The notes beneath the pieces were generated by a model. The model saw only the letters and a program-made list of their open reading frames with translations, did no database searches and was not told the origin of the DNA. A stretch of 64,000 nucleotides of DNA from Diplonema japonicum (lineage: Eukaryota; Protista; Euglenozoa: Diplonemea), in NCBI GenBank assembly GCA_964019335.1, contig OZ025698.1, positions 124,001 through 188,000 of the forward strand, given 5' to 3'. The translations under genes were made by a program, and so were the position numbers. Shown piece after piece: positions 24,301 to 33,589 of this stretch. How positions within the stretch are numbered: position 1 is the stretch's first letter; each line of letters begins with the position of its first letter.

Positions 24301-26317
24301 TAAATTATATTATAAACTAAACTTTACTTATATACTTTTCTCTCAAATTATCCTGAGTTTGAAGCTGTACTGTTGTTATACGACTTCAGACAGCAATTGT
24401 TTCTAACTCAATCTCTCGACTCTGGCTTCACTCCTATCCTTTCTTTTCACCTCCCTCCCCAGTGTCTCGAGTTCTTGCCAGTAGCGGGCATCTCATATCC
24501 CCAAAGGACCCTAAAAGGGAAGATATCGGCAACCTTTGCGGGGGGGGAAGAGCTCAGGGTAGTTGAAAAAACAAAGCTGCTCGGAGTCACGTTTGAGGAA
24601 GACATGTTTTTCGCCGCACATACGGCAGACGTCTTGAGAAGGGCGGAAAGCAGAGTCAGGCTACTGAGAAGACTGGCAGGGACGAAGTGGGGTTGCAAGA
24701 AAGTGGTAATGAGGGCACTCTACCTCACGTACGTACAGCCAGTTTTCCGTTACTGTCTGGGGGCGTACGGACCTTTCGTGATAGGCGGGAGGGGCACGTA
24801 CCACGAAGGAATCCAGAAGCTGCAGTACCGGGCAGCTTTAACGATCACAGGATGTGTAGCGACATCAGAGACATTCGCTACACTAAACGAGGCTGGCTTG
24901 TGGACACTCGATGCGCTGATCGAACACGACAGTTTACTGCTGTACGAGTCCATCATTAGGAAGGAGAACACAGCTGCCTTTCAAGCTACACAACCCCTGA
25001 AGGATCTGACCAGATACGAGGTACTGTTCCCGAAGAAAACATGGTCAGATCGACAAAGGGAAGCAGCCAGGGCCTACAAGCTCCCAGAGAGAGCGGCAAC
25101 ACCATTCTCAGGTTATGCCTTTGAGAAGAAGTACAGAGTTACACCTTGGCAGAGATTCGAGGGTAAACTGATACTGGCCCCCTTCCTCGACATACATGTG
25201 AAGAGATCGGACACCAGTGAAGTCAGAAGGAAAGCAACAGAGGACACTCTGAACCGGCTTATCGAGAAGCACGGAAAAGCCTTCTGCATGATCTTCACAG
25301 ACGGGTCATTGAAGGACGGCAGGAACGGAGGAGCTGCTGCGATACTGTTGCGAGGGGAGAGAAAAGCTTCGTATGGGGTCAGCGGTGGATCCTATACGTC
25401 ATCCTACAGGTGCGAGCAAAGGGCCATAGAGCTGGGGCTGCACCTCGCGACAAACCTCTCGAAGAGAGTGGGCACGAGCCAAGAGATGGTCCTTATTTGC
25501 ACTGATTCGCAGTCGGTAATAAGGAGGATGTGCCAGGGGCACCTGTCCGCTGTCTCTGCAGACGAGTACAAACTGTGGCACGAGGTAGCGGGACTTGTAA
25601 AGAGAGGCCACAAAGTGGTCATACAGTACGTACCAAGTCACTGCGGATTCAAATGGAACGAGATGGCGGACAAGAAGGCGAAGGAGACCTGCCGGGCAGT
25701 TGCCCACGAACAGAAGACCAGCATAGACATCGTGAAGTCACTGGTGAGAAAAAAGGTACTGGCGAACCACCTCCTCTTCTGGAAAAAAACGGGTGTCAAG
25801 GAGACATACCGAGAGCTTTTCGCAGGGAATTTCGAGAAGTTTGAAGAGTTAAACAGGGAACAAGAAGTTGCGATCATGAGGCTGAGAGTGGGGAAGAGCC
25901 CCCTCATAAGCGGGTATCTACTCAATCCCCCGGCCGATGTGGTCACATGCCACCTTTGTTCGATGCCTCAGACGCTGAGCCACCTCCTGAAAGAATGCCA
26001 GGACGATGGTAGAGCTGACCAGAGAAGTCAGATCTTCGGTTCCTCCCTTCCTTCGCTCAAGGCCCTACTGTCAACTGACGCCGGGAAAACCGTACAATTC
26101 CTGGAACAGCAGGGCCTGTTGTGACCGACCGTGAGATATAATCCCCTTTATAAATTATATTATAAACTAAACTTTACTTATATACTTTTCTCTCAAATTA
26201 TCCTGAGTTTGAAGCTGTACTGTTGTTATACGACTTCAGACAGCAATTGTTTCTAACTCAATCTCTCGACTCTGGCTTCACTCCTATCCTTTCTTTTCAC
26301 CTCCCTCCCCAGTGTCT
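24301..26317 (+). repeat. 167-bp direct repeat (24301-24467 = 26151-26317) flanking the RT-RNase H fragment
   Basis: Identical by eye, offset 1850 bp. Confidence 0.9.
24468..26124 (+). CDS. 5'-truncated Ingi-like ORF2 of another family (RT thumb, RNase H, Cys/His finger)
   Basis: KLLGVTF, LAGTKWGC, IFTDGS, ICTDSQS, QYVPSHCGFKWNEMAD, CHLC..LSHLLKEC. Confidence 0.85.
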
Positions 26318-26996
26318 TCCCTTATTTTCCATTACCAGGCCCCTGACCCCCGCCCCCAGTGTTATTCAAAATTTTCACTCACCTTTCATATAGAAAGAAA
26401 AAAGAAAAAAAAAAAGAAAAAAAAGAAGGACAGATGATTCAAGCTTCGGTGTACACGATCGAGCTTGATTTGAATTCCTTTATTTTTGAGAAAAAAAAAA
26501 AAAAAAAGAAAAAAAAAAAAAAAGAAGAATATATATAAAAAAAAAAAAAAAAACTGTAGAACGAAACTTAATTGAATTGAATTTATTGGCTCCCGAAAGC
26601 CCAACAAGTCCAGCAGACGGTGGAGTTTCACAGTCAGCTGGTTAATTTTTCACAATTGAAACTCCTCCAAAGTTCTTAAAATCTGGGAGGTCGTCTCTTG
26701 TTACTAGAGGCGGCTAATGCCTCGAGACCCAGGTGCTGCCTGGTGGGTGGGATCGGTTTTATTTTATTATGAAAAGAGCGTGGTGAGGGGGTCCAAGTAA
26801 TTTACTACAGGGAGCAGCGGACCAGGACCCCTCGACCAATGGCTCAGTAACAGAGACTGCTTTTCACGAATCACTTTCAAACACCTCTCTTGGCTTGAAG
26901 TGATGTCCCTTTCCCTTTCCCTTGAATGGTTTTCTCTACTCCCCTTCGATCCTCCCGCCTGGTAGTGGAATATTTATTATTATAAAAAAAGTCAAA

Positions 26997-27114
26997 GGGG
27001 GTTGGGGTACACATAAAAAAAAGAACAACAACATGGTGTGAAGTATCCTGCGCTGTCCTCCTCGTGGTGGCCCCTGGGACCGCAGGCCAGGGAGGGCTGT
27101 GGTGCGAAAGCGCG
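26997..27114 (+). ncRNA. HDV-like self-cleaving ribozyme (candidate)
   Basis: P1 GGGGGTT/GGCCCCT; J1/2 hairpin GGGTAC/GTATCC; P2 TGCGCT/AGCGCG; CCTCCTCGTGG P3-L3; GG; P4 ACCGCAG/CTGTGGT; J4/2 GCGAA with C at 27105. Confidence 0.75.
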
Positions 27115-28348
27115 AAGGCGTGTCGGGGAGGGTGCCGGAACGAAGACGGTCTGTTTGGCACAAGCCGCTATCGGGGCACCGGTAGCGGGGGTGTAAGACC
27201 ACTCAGACTCGGTCTGAGCAAAAGGCATTCTCTCCCATCGCGCGGCGTGTGCGTGGTTGCGTGCGGCGGCGACACCCACCGTTCCTGTTCATTCCACCAG
27301 CGTCGAGAGGCTGAGACCGATCTCGCGCACAGTGGAGGCCACAGGTTGTTCCCGGCGCCCTTGTAGCGTTGTCAGTCCTGCCCCAACTGAAAGGCCAGTC
27401 AGGACACAGGCTAACTGGGTACAGGTACTCGGACAACGGTGGGGTGAACAGGAGCGGTGGGTTGTGGCTGGTGTCGCTGGTGAGTGGCGTACGGTTTGTT
27501 TGTGCTGGTTCCGCTGTGTTGTGGTGTGATGCGTGCGGCGGCGTCGCCCAGTGTTCCAGCGTACCCCATCCGAGAGTCGTGAGGCTGAGACCGGTCTCGC
27601 GCGAAGTGGAGGCCACAGTGTTGATCCCGGCGCCCTTCAGGCAATGACCGCCCTGTCGCAACTGGAAGGCCAGACAGATCGGTAGCCGAACTGGGTACAG
27701 ACAAACGGATCGACGGTGGGGTGCACGGGGACACTGGAAGAGAACTGGTTGCGGTGGAGGTGCTCTAGTCTGTCTGTGTGGCGTGTGCTGCTGGGAGCGA
27801 GGCGTGCTGTGCCGGGCCGGCAAGAAGTAGAAGTAGATTTAAACTTTTTTAGTAATAGTACTCTCATCCCCCATGTCTTCCCTTTTTATTTTGCCCTGTC
27901 GTGCACCCCAACTTCTTTCTTCCTCTCTGGTTATGTTTTCTTTACAATTTTATTTTCCAAAGGCTCCACAGCCCAACAAAACCGGCTGAAGGGGATGCCT
28001 CCGTGCCGGTGTGCCTACGAGCACTGACGAGGTACCCCACCCCTTGAAATCCCGGAGGTTCGGCCAAAGGGTGCTGTTGTGCAATGCGGGCTGGTGAGAT
28101 GCCGAGGGACGTTGAAGGTGGGCACAGTTGCGAACGCTGGAGCCCCCGGGCCTGCCCACCTCCCGCCTCGGTACGTATGGATAGTTGTGGGAGGGTTTTC
28201 TTTAAACTTTTACAAAAAATTTTGTCAACCCCTCTTGTTCCCACTTTCACTTGCAGGAGGCCCTTCAGGCCTCCTGCGCCTATCCCTCCCCCCCAGCCTT
28301 TAGCTTCGCACGACAGTGGTACATTTATTATTATTATTATTAAAAAAA
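26997..28348 (+). mobile_element. 1.35-kb non-autonomous element with a 5' HDV-like ribozyme, an internal ~140-bp repeat and a (TTA)n-A7 tail ending 8 bp before tRNA-Gly
   Basis: Ribozyme fold; 27305-27445 resembles 27580-27722; tail shared with 5750-5815. Confidence 0.75.
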
Positions 28349-28356
28349 GTCCGTGT

Positions 28357-28427
28357 GCGACCGTGGTCTAGTGGCATGATGGATCCCTCCCAAGGATTCG
28401 ACCCGGGTTCGATTCCCGGCGGTCGCA
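28357..28427 (+). tRNA. tRNA-Gly (CCC)
   Basis: GCGACCG/CGGTCGC acceptor stem, GATCC-CTCCCAA-GGATT anticodon arm, GGTTCGATTCC, TTTT terminator. Confidence 0.95.
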
Positions 28428-28472
28428 TTTTATTGGACACCAACATTTAAATTTGTGCTGTATTGTTAAAAA

Positions 28473-28544
28473 TTCTCCTACGCGGATTCGAACCGCGGTC
28501 GCGGGATTCAGAGTCCCGAGTGCTAACCACTACACCATAGGAGA
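28473..28544 (-). tRNA. tRNA-Gln (CTG)
   Basis: TCTCCTA/TAGGAGA acceptor stem, CGGGA-CTCTGAA-TCCCG anticodon arm, GGTTCGAATCC, T5 terminator. Confidence 0.95.
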
Positions 28545-29281
28545 GTCGATTTCCTTTTTTTTTTTTTTTTCAAAATACCAATAGGTGCCACCATGGGGAG
28601 CAACACCTGGGAAGGGGAAAGGTGAAGGGAAGCATGGAAATATTACAGGGAGGGCGAAGACCAGTTCTTCTGCAATCAGATGGAGCTGTGGACTCCGCCA
28701 ACCCGTGCACCTGTTTGGAACAGCCGAAGAGGGCTGAATTACTTTAATTCCAAGCCGCGTAGACCTACGTGACTCGGACGGGGACCTTGACCCCAATTCG
28801 TCGTTTTTCTCAACTGGGACCTCTGGTGACCGGAACTGGCCCCGGTCGCCCCCTCGAGAGGGATTTGCTCCATTGAGCGAAACATGAAAGGGTGAGAGTA
28901 AAATCTCTCAAAATCAAAAGGGGAAGCGAGTGTGCGTGTGCGCATGGGGATGATAGGGGAAGCATTTGCTCTCCCCGCTGCACTCCGGCTGGCGGGGGGA
29001 GGGGATGGCCGTACCACACTCGTTCGTGCGAAGATGAGAGGACTCATCTGGGCAACTTCAGAGTAGGCCGGGCCATCCGTTTTTGACTACAATGTCAGGG
29101 CACACGATAACAAGAGGATGTTAATTTTAAAAATTTAAAAGTTTAAAAGGGGACGGGCATACTGGTAAGAGAAAGGCCAGACGCCGGATGATGATAAAGA
29201 AAAGGATGAGAGGGAGTGGAAGAGAGGGGAAGGGAACGTAAGCACTAAAAGAATTGAAATGTTGATCTCACCCTACTCACT

Positions 29282-32200
29282 TCAGCGCAACACGGGGGCC
29301 GCAGGGCCGGCGTCAAGGGAGACAGCCGGCGGGATGAACGAAGGGGCAGCGGTACCTGCCGTTGCCGCAGACGGCGACGTGAAGACCCCGGATCTGGCCC
29401 AGTCAAGCAAGCCAGAGTCGGCGATGAGGGTGAATACCTGCGTCACGCGTTTTGACAGGCACTCCACCAGCGAGGGGCGTCCATTGGGAGCGTCGAGCGA
29501 ACCCCGTCCAACCACAGCGCACCCCCCAACAACGTGCTCCCTGGACATCTTTGCTCCACACGCTGGGCAGCTGAGCTCAGCCTTCTTCCTGTTCGGTCCA
29601 GCCGCCTGCAGGAAGCCGAAGAAGAGAGCGGAGTGCCCTACCCTCAGCCGCGAGATGACCGTCTCCGCTAGCCTGGGGAGGGACTGGGGGAAGCACGCCG
29701 CTCGGAGCCCCGTGGCCCTCGCGTATCTCGGGGCCACCTCCCCGACAATGACCGCAGACCTCTGCTGAATCTGGCGACGGACCAGGGCCCTGACCGACCT
29801 GTAGTCGAGAGAGGGGCGAGTCAGCTCGCGCTTCGTGCCCTCCCCGGCCAGCCTGTCTGCCGCCTCGTTGCCAGGAACCCCGCAGTGGGACGGCACAAAC
29901 TGGAGAATGACTGGTGCACCTTGTGCACGTGCCGCGGCCACCAGCAGTTCCCAGGTCTCGTGGTCGAGCCTCTCCCTCTGCCGCGAAGGACCTGCCCTCA
30001 GCTGATCAAGGAGAGAGAGCGAGTCGGTACAGATCGACAGCCGGCTGTCTGCCAACGTGGGGTGCTCGCTCCGGAGCGCGGCCACCATGTCCAGAGCCAC
30101 CTTGACAGCCAGACCCTCCGCCCGAAAGGAAGAGCAGAAATTGCTGACGCCGAAGCTCTCGGACACGGGTTCGTGGGGGCGGGGGAGCTGCAAGTAGACC
30201 CCGGCGCCGCCCCTCCACCTCTGGCGGTCCCGTACGACAGAACCATCCGTATAGGCATGGATACCCGGTGGAAGGGCAGCCAGAGCCTCCACGGCCGCCT
30301 TCCGCTTATCCACGTCCGGCGACGAACGCGTGACCCTGCCGGGAAGGGCAGTTCTGAACTCCACCAGGAACGCGTGCCACGGTGCTACTTTGGGCGAGGC
30401 AGTCAGTAGCTCGAAGGTGTCGTACTTCCTGAAGCCTTCCTGCGTCGTCCACCCCTGCAGTCCGCAGCGTCGTAGCGCAAGGATACCCGCACGCAGCCAC
30501 CCATTGCCCATACCGGTCATCCGCTTCTGCTCAAGGACCTCGCGGTGAACCGGGGAGGTCCTCCAGCAGAACGACTTCGCCGTCAACACCGCCGCAGCTC
30601 CCTCAGCCATCTGTCGGAGGGGTAGCAGACCTGCCTCAGCAACAACCTTCGCCGTGCCCGAGCCGTGCCAACAACCCGAGATCAGCACCGCCGCTCTCTG
30701 GTGGAGCCCAACAAGCTCCTCCACCCTGCTGTCCCTGAGCCTGGCAAAGTAAACACCCATGCAGTACCGGAGTAGCGGGAGAACGTACGTGAGGTACAGA
30801 GATCGGAGCGTGGCCTTCTTGCACCCCCAGGTCGTGCCCGACAGGAGCCTTAGTACCCTCAGCCTCTTGTCAGCGCTCCTCAGGACATCCCCCGCATGCT
30901 CGTCAAACGTGAGCCCAGAGTCTACAGTGACCCCAAGATACTTCGCCGACCCACATAGAGGCAAGGGGCGAGCCGCCATGTAACCAATGTCGGACCTCCG
31001 GATGGCGGCGGGAATGTCGAAGGACCGTTTGCCACCCGCCTCCACGACCCGAAAGCCAGACAGCTCACGGACGCCAGACAAGGTCCCACAGACCCCAACC
31101 CCAAGATTAAGGACAGGGTCCTGGAAGGCCCCCGGGCAAAGCGGGACACGCGACGAAGAGAAGTAGACATTAAGCCGCTTCTGATAGGGAACGCACACTG
31201 CCTGCGACTTGCTGGAGCTCAGCAGCATGCCCCGTCTCCCACACCAGCCCTCAACCGCGTCCATCACAGCCTGGGCCCCTCGCTCAAGACCAGCCAGGTC
31301 GCCCTGCCCGGCTGAGACCACCACCGCAACATCGTCGGCATAAAGAACCGACAGGTCCGCCATCCCAACCAGCAACCTGGCTAGCTCGTCGACGTAGATG
31401 GTGTAAAGGACGGGTCCCAGCACAGACCCTTGGGGCACCCCTCTCCTCACCTTCGTCGTCGACCCTCGCGAACGACCCACCGTGACCGCCGCCGTACGAC
31501 CGCAGAGGAAGGAGCGCGTCCATTCGACGAAGGGCTCAGGGATCCCTTTCCTCCGCATCATGCCCAAGAGAGCTTCGTGCTGAACCAGGTCAAACGCAGA
31601 TGAGAAGTCAAACAGCAGGGCAGCCGACAGACGCCGACTGTCTTTGTTCCTCGACAGGCACCCGGTCAGGGACGCCACCTGCTCCTCCGTGGAGCGGCCC
31701 CTCCTGAAGCCAGCCTGGCTGTCGTGGAGACCCTCAACGCCCGACGCGCTAGAGTCTAGGAGAAAGGTAAGCCTCTCCTCTATCATCCTCTCAAGCAGCT
31801 TACAAAGACAGCTAGTGAGACATATGGGACGGTACGATGCAAGCAACGTGGCGTCCTTCCCTGCCTTCGCCACTGGAACAATCACCCCCTTCTTCCAGGC
31901 ACCCGGCACGATCCCCGCCTGCCATGAGCGATTGAGGAGCAGAAGTAGAACCCCGAGCGAGGGTTGGTCGAGGTGGAGAAGCATCTCCGCGAAGATGCCA
32001 TCATCACCCGCTGCACTGCGTGTCTTCATCCTTCCCAGACCGCGGGTGAGATCATACACCGTAAAGGCGTGGCACCCAAGCACGTTCGTCGAAGGAGCTA
32101 CGTCCACCGCGTCCCCATCACCACCCTGGCCGTAGAGCTTGCCGAAGTGAGCCCCCAGGCGGTCGGCTTTCGCCTTGTCCGTCACGAACCTCCCCTCGAG

Positions 32201-33589
32201 AATGGGAAGGTGCGGTCTGCGGTGTCTGCCGTCCAGCTTCTTCACCGCCCTAAACGCAGACCCGAGGTCCTTGCTCCGACTGAGGTCAGCCGCCATCTCA
32301 CCCCAGGCCGCGCGCTTCGACTCGGTCATGAGTTGGTTTACCTCCTTGACCTTCGCCTTGTAGACCGCCGCCACGCTGTCGTCCTCAGTCTCAGCCGACT
32401 TGAGGAAGCGATCCCGCAGGGCGTTCCGTTCTTCGAAGGCGTCTTCGAGTTCGGCCGTCCACCAGGGGGTCGGGCCTCGTCGCACTCCGCAAAGCGGAAT
32501 GTGGTCGTCAGCTGCATGCAGAAGAGCCTCTGTAACCTCCTTCGTGAAGGAGTCAATGTGGGCCTTCGTGTCGATCTTGGTCAGAAGGGCAGCGGCGGCC
32601 GCGGTGAAGTCGTCCCACCTGGCCTTTTTGAAGTTCCAGGTAGGGCAGGGTCGCTCCGAGCAGTAGGCGTCCTCAAGCGGCAGGCGGAAGGAAACCGGGC
32701 TGTGATCAGAGCCCCACGTCCCCAACGTCCTCGGCTCCAGTTCCGCACAACGTCCCACCACCAGGTCCAGAACGCGTGGCGGTGAGTCCCGCGTCGGCTC
32801 GTCTCGGTTGTTGTAGACGGTGTAGCCGTGGGTGTCAAGCCAGTCCCTGACCACGTTCCCCCTTTCGTTGGGCGTTGTCACCTTGGCATCCCAAGAGCTG
32901 TGGTGTGCGTTGAAGTCGCCAGCAACGATCGTGTTCTTCCCCACAGGTAGGCTGCCCGGCCGTAGGTACTCGGGGTCCCTTGTTCCTCTGCTTATACTCA
33001 CAGGCGTGAGGTACACGTTGGAGAGGGTGACCGGGACGCGCTTCACACAGGAGATCCTCACGTCTAATCGCTCAGTGACACTGTCACCTTCAGGGAGTAC
33101 GAAAGGAGCTTCCTCCGAGGCAAGGCAGTCACGGACATACGTGATGACACCACCGCCTCTCGTCGCAGAGCCGTCCGTCACCGGTGTTGTGCGGTCCCTC
33201 CTGTAGGACGTGTATCCAGGCAGGTATGGTGTCTCATGCCCCTCCCTAAGGTGTGTCTCCTGGATCATAATGATATCCAGCGTCAGTAGGACAGCGTGGT
33301 AGGACACGGTTGACCACTTGGCGGCAAGACCGTTGCAGTTCCAGGACAGGACCCTGAGTCCCTTCGGCTTCGGGGGTGGGAGCTTCTTAGGTGGACCGGG
33401 GTTCGTCTCAACCAGCCCAAGCAGCCCCAGCAGGTCCCTGGCCGACATCCGTTCAAGTAAGGAAGGGATCAAGGAAGGGAGGACGTCGTACAAGTGATGT
33501 GGAAGGTGTCTCCTCGGCTGTATGCGCGGGAGACCAGGAGAGGGGGCGTGGTCGTCGATCTGACGCCCCCCCTGCTCAGCGGGACCCCT
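29282..33589 (-). CDS. Family C ORF2: 2A-like, APE, RT, RNase H, Cys/His finger; frame open right up to the ORF1 stop, first ATG at 33448
   Basis: GLVETNPGP, SWNCNG, IQET, AGDFNAH, SDHSP, QAGFR, GVPQGSVLGP, YADD, YTDGS, PSHCG. Confidence 0.95.
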   Translation of the reverse strand, partial: RGPAEQGGRQIDDHAPSPGLPRIQPRRHLPHHLYDVLPSLIPSLLERMSARDLLGLLGLVETNPGPPKKLPPPKPKGLRVLSWNCNGLAAKWSTVSYHAVLLTLDIIMIQETHLREGHETPYLPGYTSYRRDRTTPVTDGSATRGGGVITYVRDCLASEEAPFVLPEGDSVTERLDVRISCVKRVPVTLSNVYLTPVSISRGTRDPEYLRPGSLPVGKNTIVAGDFNAHHSSWDAKVTTPNERGNVVRDWLDTHGYTVYNNRDEPTRDSPPRVLDLVVGRCAELEPRTLGTWGSDHSPVSFRLPLEDAYCSERPCPTWNFKKARWDDFTAAAAALLTKIDTKAHIDSFTKEVTEALLHAADDHIPLCGVRRGPTPWWTAELEDAFEERNALRDRFLKSAETEDDSVAAVYKAKVKEVNQLMTESKRAAWGEMAADLSRSKDLGSAFRAVKKLDGRHRRPHLPILEGRFVTDKAKADRLGAHFGKLYGQGGDGDAVDVAPSTNVLGCHAFTVYDLTRGLGRMKTRSAAGDDGIFAEMLLHLDQPSLGVLLLLLNRSWQAGIVPGAWKKGVIVPVAKAGKDATLLASYRPICLTSCLCKLLERMIEERLTFLLDSSASGVEGLHDSQAGFRRGRSTEEQVASLTGCLSRNKDSRRLSAALLFDFSSAFDLVQHEALLGMMRRKGIPEPFVEWTRSFLCGRTAAVTVGRSRGSTTKVRRGVPQGSVLGPVLYTIYVDELARLLVGMADLSVLYADDVAVVVSAGQGDLAGLERGAQAVMDAVEGWCGRRGMLLSSSKSQAVCVPYQKRLNVYFSSSRVPLCPGAFQDPVLNLGVGVCGTLSGVRELSGFRVVEAGGKRSFDIPAAIRRSDIGYMAARPLPLCGSAKYLGVTVDSGLTFDEHAGDVLRSADKRLRVLRLLSGTTWGCKKATLRSLYLTYVLPLLRYCMGVYFARLRDSRVEELVGLHQRAAVLISGCWHGSGTAKVVAEAGLLPLRQMAEGAAAVLTAKSFCWRTSPVHREVLEQKRMTGMGNGWLRAGILALRRCGLQGWTTQEGFRKYDTFELLTASPKVAPWHAFLVEFRTALPGRVTRSSPDVDKRKAAVEALAALPPGIHAYTDGSVVRDRQRWRGGAGVYLQLPRPHEPVSESFGVSNFCSSFRAEGLAVKVALDMVAALRSEHPTLADSRLSICTDSLSLLDQLRAGPSRQRERLDHETWELLVAAARAQGAPVILQFVPSHCGVPGNEAADRLAGEGTKRELTRPSLDYRSVRALVRRQIQQRSAVIVGEVAPRYARATGLRAACFPQSLPRLAETVISRLRVGHSALFFGFLQAAGPNRKKAELSCPACGAKMSREHVVGGCAVVGRGSLDAPNGRPSLVECLSKRVTQVFTLIADSGLLDWARSGVFTSPSAATAGTAAPSFIPPAVSLDAGPAAPVLR

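Noticed and set aside
26680-26725. Hairpin followed by CTAA (HDV P4/J4-2, or an SL-RNA-like Sm site and stem)
   Set aside because: No matching P1/P2/P3 and no SL exon upstream.
28005-28056. Hammerhead-like CTGACGA...GAAA
   Set aside because: Stems II and III pair poorly and the cleavage triplet would end in G.
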